Assembly: GCA_012295275.1 (NCBI GenBank)
Contig: CM022670.1
Span: forward strand, 12,648,001 to 12,712,000
From: Chrysomallon squamiferum
Taxonomy: Eukaryota > Animalia > Mollusca
Direction: 5' to 3'
DNA: 64,000 nt
Each line of letters opens with the position of its first letter. Positions within the stretch are counted from its first letter, which is position 1. The notes below the pieces were generated by a model, which saw only the letters and a list, made by a program, of their open reading frames with translations, did not search any database and was not told the DNA's origin. Both the position numbers and the translations under genes were made by a program. This document shows positions 14,250 through 30,547 of the stretch, piece by piece.

Positions 14250-15597
14250 AGAAGATTATATTCATAAAGAAATCACATAGAACCGTTAAAACAGAACCAT
14301 TATCTGTACGTTAAAAAATAACACGGTTTTTTAAATATTTATTTTAGCTGGGTTTTTTTTGTGAAATATAAGTTTCAGATACAAACGATAATGCTAATGT
14401 GCCAAACTTAACTTAACGAGAGATGGAAAAAAAAAAAATATGTATATATATATATATCTATATATCCCCAAAAAACAACAACCCAAAAAGTAGAAATTAA
14501 CAAAAAATAACAGAAAAGGGAAAAAATTGTGAAACTGAATGAAAGAGGCAAAAAAAAAAAAATGTAAAAAAAAAAAAAAAAGTGTTAGAAAAAGTTCAGT
14601 AATATGTACGATAAGAAAACATGATGTGATTTATTGAGTGAATAAAGCGAGTTTCATGTTTAGCAGTTGTTATCAGGACACAGATAAATTCTCGTTACGT
14701 GAAGTTTTTCAGACTTTAAATATGCGCTGTTTTTCTTTCACTCGGTTCAGAAGAAAGAAAGGAATGACGTTTGAAAATGTAAAATAAAGTAATAAAATAA
14801 TAAAAAAAAAAAGGAAGAAATACATGAAGAACCAAAAACAACAACGCATGGAAGATTGAAAAAAGCACAACAAACAAACAAACAAATGCAATAAAAGAAA
14901 AGAATTAAAAAAAAAATAATAATAATAATAAAAAACATATTCATTCTCTTGTTATTTTTGGTTATTAATTTTTTATTATTATTATTATTTTTTTAATGGA
15001 CATTATTAACATTTTCTCTAAATTCAATTTTTAAAGTGTCACTTTTTCGTTCAATCATGGATTTTAAAATTAATTTGTTGACGATTTTTTTCGATATTTT
15101 TCCCCAACAACCTTTTTAAAACCACTTGATAATGTCAGTTAGTTTCATAAAATGATATAAGAGAGAAAAAAAAAAAAAACAGCGTATTATGTCCTAACGG
15201 ATGATGAAATTTCCAAACCAAATGCTCTGAAGATAAGGAGATGACGTCAGTATGTCAGATATTTATTTAGTGTGAAATACCTAAACAAACAAAAACACAA
15301 AATTAGACAAATTAAATTTAGCTATTGTAGAATTTTATTTTATTTTATTTTATTTATTTTTTTATTTTTATTTTTTTTCAATCATGTTTGTTTCTGCATT
15401 ATTCTGTAGGCCAGTGGCGATATTTTGTTTTCTTCTTCTTTCTTTTTCTTATTCTTCTCTCCATCAGTTTAACTGTGTCTTTTTTTCTGTCTTTCTACAT
15501 AACTATATGTATGTATGTATGTGTGTATGTGTGTATGTATGTATGTATGTATGAATCTGTTATATAGGTCTCTATTAGTATATGTGTGCGTATGTAT

Positions 15598-15672
<75 letters not shown>

Positions 15673-17843
15673 TTATTTCTAATTATTTCTAGTCCACTTT
15701 ACGACTGTCACTGAGAAGTTCAAATATTTTTGTATGAAATAACATGTTTATTTTAAAAGAAAATTTCCATGTTACCAAATACACATACAGATATTTACTG
15801 TTTTTCCTTGTTCCACACTGTTTACAACTGAACATTGGCAATCTTTTGCGCATATAAATTTCCTAGTCCAGATTTCTAAAATAGCATCGATTCTCTGTTC
15901 TGATGTTAAAGCAGTACGATGTTTTTGGTGGAATTTTGCTTAAAAGCTCGGCGAAAGAATGACATTAACATTAAGAAGATAATTTGTTTTATCAAAAGCT
16001 ATTATCAAGAAGGCATGTTTAATTTTGTTTTTATTTATGTGGTTTTATTTCATGTAATCGCTAATCGTCCGTAGGGTATGATTACTTAGTAGCCAGTAAG
16101 TAGCCACTAAACAAGTTAATCTTAATAATCTTAATAGAACATCCATAATACATTCTTCCTAGATCAGTTACGTCTGCTTACAGCAGTCGGACACCTAACT
16201 TAATACTCTCTTTGATTTTTTGTTAATTTTCTTAATTAGCGTGGTGTATTTCCTCAGAGCAGTAACAGCAGTTACAGATGATCTTATGAACAAGCAATGA
16301 CAGCTACTCAGTTCAATGGCTCTTCACTGCTTCGAGTGCAACAACTGAGATCCAGTAGAATTACGTGCAATGTAATATCACGACAGAGACGATGTTGTAG
16401 TAATGTCTGTTTTTAAATAACGAATGGAGCAGTTTGCAGATGTTAAATTGCTGTGACCTGTACTGCAGGTTCAGTCGATGAGAAGTAGATGCCGCTGGCT
16501 GGCATAGACAGGTGAACGTTCTGTACATTTAAAGAAGGACATATTTTGAAGGGGTTGGGTGTCTGTTATAATCATTCGACCTTTCAGTACAGGTGGCCGT
16601 TAGACCAGTTTCAAATGAAAACTATATGTGTGTATGTGTATCTCTCTGTCTGTCTGTCTGTCTGTCTGGGTATCCATCAACTTCACACACACGTACACAC
16701 ACACATACACACACTCAAAAACAGTCTTTAATTCTCTTTCTTTCTTTTTAATTTTTAATTTTTAATTTATTTTTTTGTTTTTTTTGTTTCACTCTTAGAC
16801 GTTCTCTACAGTAGACAAGAAAATTCATCTTGCACACGATTTAACTTTGTTAGAGATGGGATATCTGCAGATTTGGCATTCCATGACGTTTTTGAATATC
16901 GTTTTACTTATTTATCATGCATCTTGGCTTTAAGTCGAACAGTTTTTCAAAATATTTCAGATAAAAATTTTATTTTTGTTTTTTTATTTTATTTATTTGT
17001 TTGTTTGATTAGTTTGGTTTTGGATTTTTTTTGGGGGGGGATATTTTTATATTTTGGAGTTTTTTTTTTTTTTGTTTTTTTAGTTAGTTAGATACTTTGT
17101 CAGTTAGACAGTTAATTAGTTAGTTTTATTTCACGTGGCAGTCAAAGCTGTGCCTACTTATTACAGCAACTACTCTACTTGTTTCATATTTAGTATGTCG
17201 GAAGATTATTTTTAACTTTAAGATATTTTATTAGACTTAACATACAGAAGCACAGGCTTGCTACAGTTCGGCTGTAAATAAATAAAAACAAACAGATTTA
17301 TAAACAAACAAACATACAATTAAATAAATAAATAAATAAAGCTATATTCATAAAGTCAAGCAAAGGAAAATATATAAAAATTTTTTTTTTTTTCATACTC
17401 GACTTCGTTAATTGACAAAAATAAAAAGAACAAGTTATTTTACGGATGTGCTTAAGTATACTTACTCTGTCTATAAGTATTACGACAGTTCCAGTAAAGA
17501 AGGATTTGAGTAATAAAGCAGTGTTTTGTTCCGACAGTTAATGCGTTCTATAGAAAGCACTTAATGATACACGGAAAACACTTCGTATATTACATAAGTG
17601 TTTACAATAGACATAGAGATTCAGTTCATTTCATTCAACCGAGTTTCAGTAGACATTTAATCTTTTCTTCCTCTTGTTTTTTTTTTGCTTGGTCGATTAT
17701 TTCATAAATTTATTTTTTTATTGTTTTCGTGTTTAATTTACCCTGCAATTATTATCTACAGAAAACCTTATATAAATATATATATTCGTAGTTGCGTGCG
17801 TGCGAGAGCGCGCGCGTGCCTGTTTTTTTGCGTGTGTGTGTGC

Positions 17844-17893
<50 letters not shown>

Positions 17894-18419
17894 GTGTGTG
17901 TGTACTCAGTCTTTTAAATACATATGAAAGCGTTCAGATATATTTCAGGCATGAAAGGAACGACTGGAACACGTCTAGTTTATCCTGTGTCTTTACATGT
18001 GCTAAAAAAACAAGAAAAACAAAAACAAACAACAAATGATAGAACAATTAAAAAAAAAGAAAGAAAGAAAGAAAGAAATAAAAAAATAAAAGTATAAAGT
18101 AGGATTATTCTCCTTTTGTCTGTTGAAACCTGTCTGTGATACTGCCTTAACTGTTCAGTTCAGGTAATATCACACTCGGATCAAATATATGCAAAAGGCT
18201 GAGTCTAACGTTAACTAAAATGAAATTGTCATGCATTAATGTGTAAAATGAATCATTTGAAAGAGCGTAACTTGAATAATAACTATTGCTATTAGTAATA
18301 GTAGTAGTAGTAGTAGTAGCAGTAGTAGTAGTAGTAGTAGTAGTAATAGAATAAGTGTGAAATGATGCAGAGAATCAATGTGACAAATAGTATGCATATA
18401 GTATATTTATATGCCCTGT

Positions 18420-19217
18420 TTTTGAAGGCTGTGTGTGCTTATGTTTGTGTTCTTGTACAACACTTTTCTCTGCACATCTGTTGTGCATGCGTTTACATGT
18501 TTCAGTGTGTGAGTGTGTGTATGTTAGCTTCTATCTGACTTTAAGTGTGATATCTGTCTTTCCATGTGTTTCTTTCTATATTTGTTTGTGTATGTCTGTT
18601 TTTGTAAAATATGTGTTTTTATATGGAAAGTCAGCCCGAATGACAGATACTCAAACACACACACATACACACACACACATATATGTATTTTGTGTATGTC
18701 CACAGTTAGATATGCATACACACAGATATAAACATATAGACATATAATAGTACATACAAACATATAGTGCATATACGTTTGTAGATAAACCGCACGTTTT
18801 ACGCACACAGACACACAGACAAACACAAACATTTACACACACAGACATATATATGTATATATAAACAGATATAAATGTGCGCGATATATACTCACATACT
18901 GCATATTTCATTGAGTGCATATGCGTATGTTTATATCAGTTTTAAGTGTGTAAAAGAGGCATGTATAGGCACATATATATATGTGCCTACGCATGTATGT
19001 ATATATATATTTAAATACATTCGCATTTATATATATTTATATTTAAATACACATATGTATATTTATGTAACTATGTGTGTATATGTATATGTGTGCGTAA
19101 ATAAATAAATAAATTGGCATATTTGCATAGATATATATGCACACACACAAACACACACACATCATATATATACATGCACACATATTCACAGACAGAAAAC
19201 ACACACACACACATACA

Positions 19218-19249
<32 letters not shown>

Positions 19250-19407
19250 AAAGAGATATAAACACGCGTACTTGTATACAAACACAGATATTCATATATT
19301 ACATGTGTCTATGAATATAAATATAAACAGACACACAAATGTATATACATAACACACACATGTATGTATGTATGTATGTATGTATGTATATATGTATGTA
19401 TGTATGT
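18420..19407. repeat. Decayed alternating purine-pyrimidine (TG/CA/TA) low-complexity region
   Basis: About 1 kb of interleaved TG, CA, TA and TATG runs. Confidence 0.8.
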
Positions 19408-19943
19408 CTGAGTTAAATTAGGATGCTCTGTGGATCCCTAAGCGTCCTTAAGTTCGTGGAGCTGATCTTGGTTGCTATGGTGGATGTGTCCAGAACATGC
19501 AGTTCTGTCAGTTGACCAGTGTCCGACCTTCTGTCCGAATTCATCACTGCAGCTTTGTTCTCAGTGAACACACTTTCTGAAGTTAATGTTCCTCCGATTT
19601 ACGTTGATTTACTCGAGTCACAGAATTTTTAGTTTTTCAGAAATATCAATCTCGAAGCAGTAACGTGTTGATTTCTTGAACAGTTCAGTACTCAATGTTG
19701 TCTCCTCAGGAAATAAGTGTTAATCTTTATCAGTATAAAAATACTGTTGAAAATTTCACCTCCACTTGCTGGTGATGTATCTGTTTACACCTCAGCGTCT
19801 GGAACTGAAATTACCTTCGATTCTGTCGTCAAGCTACTTATTCCAAGGAAATGACGTCACACAATGGATTTGAAATTTTTTCTTTATTACCTCATTACTT
19901 TATATAAAATTTGACTATATATAACTTTAGGATTCTAGAAGAG

Positions 19944-19975
<32 letters not shown>

Positions 19976-20387
19976 TATTTATTTATTTTTATTTTTTTTT
20001 TTTTTTTTTTGTTGTTGTTGTTGTTGTTTTACTTGTTTTTCTTTCTTTCTTTTTTTTTTTTTTACGTTCATGTTGAATTACAAAAATACTGTTAACATTC
20101 AGGTCATAAAATTAATTTTTCAATCACGGATTCGGATTATATCTGTAGGAAGTATTGCATGCAGTTGTAAATGAAACTAGTGTTTCTCAACGCTTCGAAC
20201 AGAAATACTTTTTTATTTCTTTTATTTTTGTTGTATTTTATTTGTTTGTTTCTCTTTCAATATTTGTTAATTTTTTATATTTTTTAATTCTGATTTTCAG
20301 AAATATATTTTATTATTATTTTATTTGTTTTAAATTATATTTAATTTTCAGAGAATTATTATTCATATTTATTTTCTTACAGCACAG

Positions 20388-20438
<51 letters not shown>

Positions 20439-20519
20439 ATTTGTGAATTTTCATCACTCAACAAATTTGTATATTAATTATTTATCAGTGTCAAATATTG
20501 ATTCTTTCACATTAATAAT

Positions 20520-20551
<32 letters not shown>

Positions 20552-21389
20552 ACAATAATAAATAAATAAATAAATTTTTTAATTGATTTTTGATTATTGT
20601 ATAATTTTTGTTGTTTATCTGACTTATAATAATTATGCCCTCCAGTCTTAGTAATAGTAATTTATATTTTATTTTATCATACATTATCGTTTGTTCTCAA
20701 AGGTATGCACATATAATTTGAAATGGGCCTTCAGTGCTAGAAATCTTATTTTTATATTTTGTGTTTTTCAGAGCTGGCGATGGTTGTTAAGAAACGATGC
20801 TGTATTTGAATTTTCCTGTAAAAAAATTGATAAAACAGAGAACTATTAAAAATGCCAGCACAGGTAAATATTTGGTAACAAACATAATTAACTGTTGTTC
20901 GAATGTTTTTAGGGTCTCAGAGAAATTAGTGTATATACTCATCGAGTTGTCTCTCTTTTCGGAAATCTTTAGTAAAAGGCGTACGCTGTTTTTTCTGTGC
21001 AGAGAAACCAGAGATAAAGTTTATTCTCGGATCGATTTCTGTAATTTACTATTTCTCTTTTCGTTCAGTGCTGGTGGCTGCCTCCTACAGTTTCTTTTTA
21101 TAATAATTTTTCTCTGTTTTATGTATGAAAACTCATATATTGGTACGTAAAGGAAACAGAGCACAAGATGAATGTATTAATACACTGATTGTAAATAACA
21201 TCATAATAATTATTATAATAACTAACCACGGGAAAAATACTTGAGGAACGATTTGAAACTAATGCCTCAGTAAGACTGGACTTTTTGATATAATGAATGA
21301 ATGGAAAAAAATAAAAAAATAAAAATAAAAAAATAAATAAATAAAATCAAAAGCAAACAAAAAGCCCACAAAAAATATAATATTATTAA

Positions 21390-21459
<70 letters not shown>

Positions 21460-22999
21460 TTAATTCAAAAAATAGATACTTTCATGAAAATTGAAGTGTT
21501 ATTAAAATAGTCATTATCAGAAAATGAACCTTAGTTATAATGACTTTTTACATTTGTTGTGACACACACACATGCACAAGCACACATAAACACAGAGACA
21601 CATGCACTAACACACACATACATTAATTAAAATACACACGCATAATCTCATATACACATACATACCTAATACAAAAAACAAAAATATGTACACATACATT
21701 AACATACAAACGTACATAATACATATAATGTACACACTACACATACATACATAAAAACTAATATATGCAAATATCAGCAAAATAAAACACTTTGACAATA
21801 ATTACGGTAATATTGAAACAATATTAAGGAGTTATAACAAGAAAATGTTTGGTAAGACTGGGTCCTTGCATAGCGCGCGAGCGTGCGTGCGTGCGTGCGT
21901 GTGTGTGGGGTGGGTGGGTGTGTTGTATTTTCTTGCAGTAAAAAGTTGAGGTAATTCTATTTTTATTAATTTTATGCTTTTTTCTTTCTGTTCAGTGCTT
22001 TTGTTTTAGATTTTTTATGTTGCCTTTTTATCATCCTCGAATAACTTCTGTTAACATCAACAGCGTAATAGTTTCTGATTATATATTGTACACGATTTTA
22101 TTGTTGTTTTGTTGTTGTTTTCTGAGACAAATCAGTGTGTTTGAAAATAAAAATAAAATGTTCAACGTTTTTTTTTTTTTTTTGCTCTTTGATATGAATT
22201 CTTGGAAATAGTTTCATTATCACAGACTACGCATATCAGTATAACATTACCAGAGTGATGGTAGTAGTAAATGTAGCAGCAGTAGTAGTAGTAGCAGCAG
22301 CAGCAGTACAAGTAGAAGTTGTTTTAGTAGCAACAGTGGGATGGATGTTACATTCAGAGCGGTGATTAACAGTGAAGTACAATTTTTGTTTTTTTTCTTT
22401 TTCAAAAACTGTTTTGTTAATACTTTTTTTCATGTTAGTGTTATAATAATTTAAAATTATTAAGATATTTTGAATGTTTAAACTCTCTTCATCTGTTGCT
22501 ATGGAAATGTTCCAAAATGGCCGCAAAATAAATAAAATTACCTTGAATTTGTGTCACATGTATTGTCGATATTTTAACTTTGCCTTGGACTAATGCTAAG
22601 ATAATTAGAAAGAACATGATTATATTCTCTTCAGGTTTTCTTTTCACACAAACAGTTTAGATTTGAATGTTACACTGGGTGAGCACTCTGCTTTAAACAC
22701 CAGTTTTTGAGTAACTACTTTCACAAAATACTATAAACTTCCATAGTCTTTTCACTGATGCTACTGACATTATAAATTAAGTGAATTAAAATCAAAGTGT
22801 GGGTGATTTGAGAAGCTTAATATTCCCAGTTCTTGGTAGTCCATAGCATTAAAATTATGAGTAAGTGTGATGTCTGAACCAGGAGAAAAATTTATTAAAG
22901 AGTCAACAAGAAATGTTTATTTAAAAAAAAAAAATCTCTCTCCTTCATAAAGAAATAATTAAATTTAATAATTTTATACTCATGAATTGCTCTGTACCA

Positions 23000-23131
23000 G
23001 CAGTAGTAGTAATAGGAATTGTAGTAACGTTGTTGTAGGAGTATTAGTAGTTGCAGTAGTGTACTTGAAGTAGAAGTAGTACCAGTGGTAGTGATAGTAG
23101 CAGAAGTAACAGTAGTAGCAGTAGTAGTAGC

Positions 23132-23190
<59 letters not shown>

Positions 23191-23310
23191 CAGCAGTGGT
23201 AGTAATAGTAGCAGAAGTAACAGTAGTAGTAGTAGAAGTAGTAGTAGTAGTAGTAATGGTAGTGGTGATGGTGGTGGTATGGTAGTGTTAGTGTTAGTAG
23301 TAGTAGTAGC
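23000..23310. repeat. (TAG)n / (GTA)n trinucleotide repeat
   Basis: Read directly from the sequence; source of the poly-L/V/Y pseudo-ORFs. Confidence 0.9.
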
Positions 23311-23788
23311 CAAGATGATGTTTTATTACGGCATGATACCTCCACATTTTCACATTCTCGCCATCGAATGGAAGAAACATGATCATCTAAATTTGATCAG
23401 TGGATTATTATAACGTATTTCATTTTAGATAACGGACCATGACGTAGCATAAAAAGAAAACGGCGAAAGAAAGAAAAAAAAAAACATAAAGCAGCAACAC
23501 AACAAGAAGATTTGATGGGTTTTCAATACCATTAATGCGAGAATCAGCAAATCAATAAAACCACAAGTTCTGCCTTGTTCCCGTTAATCTATTTCTTGCA
23601 TGTACAGGGCAAATCGTAAAGAAAAACTCGATAACAACTGGCCAAGAACGTCTACGTCTGAAATGTGTTTTCAGTCGAAGCTGCACATCAGCGGGGAAAT
23701 GTGTATTGTTCAAATCCAACAGCTGCACAGTGTACGTTTCATGAGTACGAAAATCAATTAAGGGAAGGCATTAATTTGTTTCATTGCG

Positions 23789-23892
<104 letters not shown>

Positions 23893-24348
23893 GAACTCAG
23901 TCTGTACCTCTGTCACTCATTTTTGCCATCCCAAATAAAGAAACAAACACAACAACAACAGGAACAACAATAATAATGATGATAATAATAATAATAAATA
24001 ATAAATGCTAGCATAGTCCAAAATAAAAACAACAACAACAACAACAAACAAAAACATGTATGTTTCATATTAACAATAAATAAACAACGAAAACACACAT
24101 TAAACTTAGATTCAGTTCAGCGAGACAGATTTCATTTTCTCTTTGCTTGCAGACGGAGGCAAAGTCGCGTAGACTTGACAACAATTTAACGAAATGGAAA
24201 CATTTAATTTAAATGCATCCCTCGGGCCAGTAGAGATCTGCAGTCCGCTCGGCACGTAGCCCAATAATTCTATTACTCACTGAATATTTCATTTCTGTAC
24301 GAGTCGAAAAGAAGATAAAGACAGATAATTTCGTTATTTTCACGCGTT

Positions 24349-24388
<40 letters not shown>

Positions 24389-25169
24389 TACGTTACTCCC
24401 AACAGTCAGACAGTAGACATTTTGTTTCATGGATCCTGTGACGTTTGCGTATTATTTCATGTTTACGAGAAGGTATGAATATATATACATTATATACATA
24501 CACTACTTTTATTACTACTATTGATACTACTTCTGCTGCAACTGCTACTGATACTTCCACCACAGCATCTACTACAAATAATAATAAAACGGCGACAAGG
24601 AATACTATAAAAATACCAACGTTTCTGTCAGTGCCAACTGTTTCTGCGCAAGATCACGATAAATGTTTTTCTGTTTATAGGACGGTACACGTAAGAAATC
24701 GCTTACCGCTAACCGAAAAGAACACTGTGTGCCCGCAACCGATTTCCTAATAACTGCATCGCAAAATATGTAACTGACTTTTCACAGCACTTGTCTTCAA
24801 GCGTTCATCTGTCATTAATCACTGTTTGTAAATGCATCGTCATCGGAAACGACTAAATTTTACATTTCTGACTCAAATTTCAAGTAAATGAAGTCACGTC
24901 GTTTACTCTTGAAATATTATTTCCGTTTTTGGAAATTCAGTAATTTAGAAGAGGAAAAAAGAGAAAAAAGAACAGGATGAGAATTCTCGAGTGTTTGATT
25001 TCATCATATAAAAGACAAACTGGCTTATAAAATAAACAGTTAGACAACGTAAAAACCTCTCGGGTGATTTTCTGTCAGACGTAATTGAGACATATTGCCT
25101 CCTGAGTGGACTCTGTTTGCACAATTTTAAATAATTACTGAACGAGACTTAATTAATAAATGGGAACAC

Positions 25170-25345
<176 letters not shown>

Positions 25346-25464
25346 GGTATAAAGGAACGTGAAGAAAGTATTCTAGATTTACCTACTGGTTCTAATATTT
25401 GTTGAGTGATGATATAACAAATTCAAAAGCTAATAATAGTAACAATAATAATAATAATAATAAT

Positions 25465-25515
<51 letters not shown>

Positions 25516-25904
25516 AATAAATGTATATATTAACAGAAACACATTTTCTAACATACTTCTTTTTAATTTAATTTTTTATGTTGTTTGACGATACACATAT
25601 GCATGGTGGAATTCATCCATTTTATCTGTAATCGGCGTTTGATTTAATAAAACGAGATTTAAATAGTAGCGCTATCAGCTAGTAAAGGCAGTTTAGTATA
25701 AACAACACACAATTAAATTATGTCCGGGACCGATGTGTTTCCATTCGAAATTACCACCTAGGGGAATTCTCGTTATTTGTTCACAGACCAACCAGTCAAA
25801 TTTCGGTACATTTGGCAGTCGCATATCCTACCTGTTAAACTAGGAGAGTAATTGCATGTGTTTTTCTGAGATATTATAAGGCTTAAAGACACCATGAGAT
25901 AATC

Positions 25905-25948
<44 letters not shown>

Positions 25949-25954
25949 TAATAA

Positions 25955-25989
<35 letters not shown>

Positions 25990-26399
25990 ATAATAATTGT
26001 TATCATCATCATCATATAGAGAAGAAAAAAAAAGAAGATGAAGAAAACTAAATAGAAAACTTAATTAATCTGAAGAAAAAAAGATCAAATAATTTGAATC
26101 AGACAGCGTACGTGTGTGAATGTAAAAGTACAGTAACCAAAATCATTTAAGTAAACCGCTTAAAGAGAAATACGGTCTAACTAATACGGTTCAGATTACA
26201 AATGAGTTTAAACGGTTTAACCAAATCGACTGAGCTAATACGTATTAAATTCGTGCACGAAATATGTGCATAGAATATAATATAAATATTTTTTGAAAAA
26301 AAAAAAAAATAGCAGAGTAAAATCAAATACGTAAATGAAAACTAAATTTTCATCAAATTGAAAAACCATACACGAGAAGTGTATAACTTGAATCTTATC

Positions 26400-26985
26400 T
26401 GCGATGTTTTGAATAATCAAATCTCATCTGCGGACATCGCCGAAAATATCGGTGGCCATCAAAACGTGTCACTGACCGCAATGAATTAAAGCAGGAGTCA
26501 TCAGCTGCACAGCCAATCAATCAATTACACATAGTCAATTTCCCAAACTCGGAACAGTCGTGTATATTGCATCGCCTTAACGAGTTGAAATCTATTTGTG
26601 AGCCAGGCTCGCTTTTTAACTTAGATGTGCAAAACGTGTTTTGCACCCAGTCGCAGGCCCGATTAATAGCTTATCTAATGGAAGACGTGAAAATCTCGCC
26701 AAATGTCAAAAGACGCCATCGATTTGCGGCTAAACCAAACAAGAAAAGTAACTTGCCGTATTAAGTCCGGGGCGTTATTGTATTTGGGCGCTGCAGTATT
26801 TGTAACGTTACCCGCCTTGATTCTCTTATCTGTGTCAGGATTCGGACAGCTACACTTATTAAAACGTGCCGAGAAGAGAAAGTGAAACTAACTGGATCTG
26901 GGACCTTTGCTCCTCTGATTCAACCAATGGCGTCTTGGTGACGTCCTAAATAACCGAGAAATCACCGAAATATTGATGTCAGCGA
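26400..26985. promoter_or_regulatory. CpG-rich non-coding island, candidate enhancer or conserved non-coding element
   Basis: About 600 bp free of microsatellites with raised GC/CpG. Contains CCAAT boxes, a PBX-like TGATTGAT on the minus strand (~26515), an IRF/Blimp-like GAAAGTGAAACT (26878-26889) and short palindromes. No convincing exon. Confidence 0.4.
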
Positions 26986-27310
26986 CTATTTAATTAAGTA
27001 TTTGTTTCTTTTTCTCTTTGTTTGTTTGTATTTATGTATTTATTTATTGTTATTATTATTATTATTTTTTTTGTTTTGGTATTTTATTTATTTGAACTTT
27101 TTTTCCGTTATATGCATCGCGATTAACCATCTGTTAAGAATTTTTAGATATTGCGAAATATTTTTTTTTTTTATTTTTATATATTACATTTACCGTTTTG
27201 ACTAATTGACTAGTGAAGTATATATATATTCACAACTGCTATGTCCGTTACTACTAACAGTACTATATATATGTTTTTTTCCCATATTGTAAAAATGTAT
27301 TTACTTGTGT

Positions 27311-27371
<61 letters not shown>

Positions 27372-28110
27372 GCTACTGCTGCTTCTACTGCTACTACTGC
27401 TGTTACCACTACTACATATACTACTGCTACTACATATACTATACTGCTATTACCACTATATCCAACACTACTTCAGCTGCTGGCACCTTTTACTGTATAA
27501 CGTTTCACAAAACATTATCTGACAAAGCCACGAGACAACAATTTAAAAGCTTCTACTCAATGGTAAAGAACATGAAATATCAACAGAAATTACTCATATG
27601 ACTTTCTAATCGGTTTCTGAATCGATCCATCAAAAGTCTAAAAAAAATATTATTTTAATGACATTTCGAAAACCCAGTTTGTAATTTTATTTTATTTTAT
27701 TTGTTTTTATTTTATTTTATTTTATTCTTTCTTCCATTTTTTTTTTCACTTACACATAAACAAATATACACGCATCTCTTTCATCCTATTTTTCTCATTC
27801 TCTCCCTTTCTCTCTGTTTGTTTTTTTCTTTCTTCCTTCTCATTTCCTTACCCTGTCGATCATTCTGTCATTCAAACCAACATTCTTTTTTCATGGAAAC
27901 ACAAACAAACAAATGCACATTCACGCACCCTCACGCGAAAACAAACACATGTATGCACACAACTTAAACTCAAATCTATATTCAATGAGAAAAAAAAAAA
28001 AAAAAAGAAAAAGAAGAAGAAATCCAAATATTATTTGTGCTTCAAAGGAAATTTCCTTTTGCCTTGCAGTTCCGATTTCCTGTGAAAAGCTATTAACTGC
28101 AAAATCAAAC

Positions 28111-28111
<1 letters not shown>

Positions 28112-28174
<63 letters not shown>

Positions 28175-28190
28175 AAAAAAAGAAAAAAAA
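28112..28190. repeat. Poly(A) tract, about 80 bp
   Basis: Read directly from the sequence. Confidence 0.9.
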
Positions 28191-28503
28191 CAGAATACAA
28201 AAAATAATCCACGAAAATGAAAGGAATTTTTATTGTGTTAAAACAAGCAGGAATCAGCTAATTTAAAAACGAAAAATAATTTGACTTCTAGCTGTTAATA
28301 AATCTTTGACGTCAATGGCCCCACTGAGAAATAATCCAAACTATTTCTCAATAATTTCAGTGATTGCGTAAGGAAAAATCCTGCCAAAAATAAAGGCAGT
28401 GTTGTAATCGTAAAGTGGAGAATAACGTTCAAAGAATTTCTGTAGAAATCAGTTTAACTTTATTTCACTATATTATATTGCATTTCATTTCGTATTAGTT
28501 TGC

Positions 28504-28578
<75 letters not shown>

Positions 28579-28599
28579 TTTTATTTTATTTTATTAAAC

Positions 28600-28641
<42 letters not shown>

Positions 28642-30502
28642 TATTATTATTATCAATAAAAGTCAATAAAATATAATTAGCATCAAAATAGAATTTGTAA
28701 ATTTCAATAATTACAATATTTAGATATTTAATTATTTGTTTCAGAATATTTTCGTATGGTACTAAACAGTACTATGAATTCCCATCACGTGGTATTTTAT
28801 CATCATGATTTAAACTGGGAAGCCTACAGTATATTTACTCTTTCCTATTATTATTTTTTTTATGTAAACTCTGGAGATTTGTAAAATAACCTACAAAGAA
28901 TGGGAACGTTCTAATTGTGTTTTTCGACATTTAGTTTAAACGGGAACACTCTGTACATATCATAACGTATCTATATCAAACGTAATTTGTAAATAAAACG
29001 CTATGCAAGCTCGTCTGTTTGTTACTTAATAAACACTGACGTAAGCAATCCTGCTAAGAAATATAAATAAACTGCCATGAGATAAGGATGAAATGCCAAA
29101 ATATTAAATTATCGTAATAGTTGCTTGCCAAAATATGAATATGATGATGATGTTATGTGACGATGGCAATAATAATGATGATGATGATGATGATGATATA
29201 TTGTTGATGATAGTGATGAATATGATGACAGCAATGATAAAAAGAAGAAAGCATTCAGAAAAAGAAGAAGAGAAAAATAATAAATGTACAAACTTTTGCT
29301 CATCTGAAAAGACGTCACATTCATTTTTACTATTATAAATCAGAAAAACATTTATATGCATATACCCCAGTTATGAGTCATCCTTTTCGCTAGCATATTT
29401 ACTTTGAAAATGAAACAACCTGAAATCTTTTAATCTCAGATATATATATACACACTGTCACACACACACATACGCACACACACGTACACCAACACACGCA
29501 CACCCACATATACACATACACACCAGTGAAAACAATTAAAATAAAACATATTATAAATAATGTATCTACACACAGAATAATGTAGAGATACGGACACCCA
29601 AATACACCCACAAATAAATACACACCCTATGCCCACCCTATGCCCACCCGCACTCACATTCACATCATACATTCAGAAACCAATATTTAACTCGTTCTCA
29701 ATATAAACTGACTTATTAATCCACTCATACTTCCTTTGCGTTTCCTTTCTAATTAAATCACAACACTAATGAAGGACGTCAAAAGTAATAAACTACAACG
29801 AGCCAAGAAAAGAACAGTCGGATTTTCACTCAGATTATTTTACTCCAATGTAAACACGCTGACTAAGAGGATTTACATTCAGTAAGAAAATTAATAATAT
29901 AGATAAAGGATAGAGTATAATAGAGAAGAAGAACTTGTTAATAACAAAAAAAGATGACAAAAGAATATATTTTTACGCATTGTTTTTGCTTCTATACAAG
30001 ATTATTATTAAGAGTTTTCAACACGAAACATATTGAGAATTATTATTTTGAAGATTAATTGGGAATGCCTCGCAAATTCTCCTTCGTTCCTGGATTTTCC
30101 ATGATTAGTCAAAAAAATTAACAAATAAATCCTTGAGATGACTTATAATTTAAAAAAAGAAAAAAGTTATTATGGAAACAATGAGGAAATGTCTTTTAAA
30201 CTGAACTTTCATTTTTCTTTAAATAATGTCTTAGCAGAATATTTTGCAGATAGCTCAGCTTAAGTAGAATATTTGTGGAAGTGAATGTAAGGGAGGTAAG
30301 TGATTGTACGCGAGTTTGTGTAGGATAAACGTATAGTGGCTGAGATTGGATGTTACTGTAATATTGTTTCTATGGTTGATGTAGGCAGTTGTATGTATAT
30401 ACAAATACATGCATACATTTTATTTATGTGTTTCTCTCTGTATCTCTTTCGTTCATATACTCTCTCACTACATCTATCTGTCTACATATGTACACACACT
30501 TA

Positions 30503-30547
<45 letters not shown>

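Noticed and set aside
16316-16348. MALHCFECNN*, resembling a Ly6/uPAR N-terminus (LxCYxC)
   Set aside because: It stops immediately, has no suitable acceptor, and the Cys pattern does not continue.
19413-19580. GC-richer block with short ORFs on both strands (e.g. MLCGSLSVLKFVELILVAMVDVSRTCSSVS*)
   Set aside because: No consistent splice boundaries or recognisable domain in any frame.
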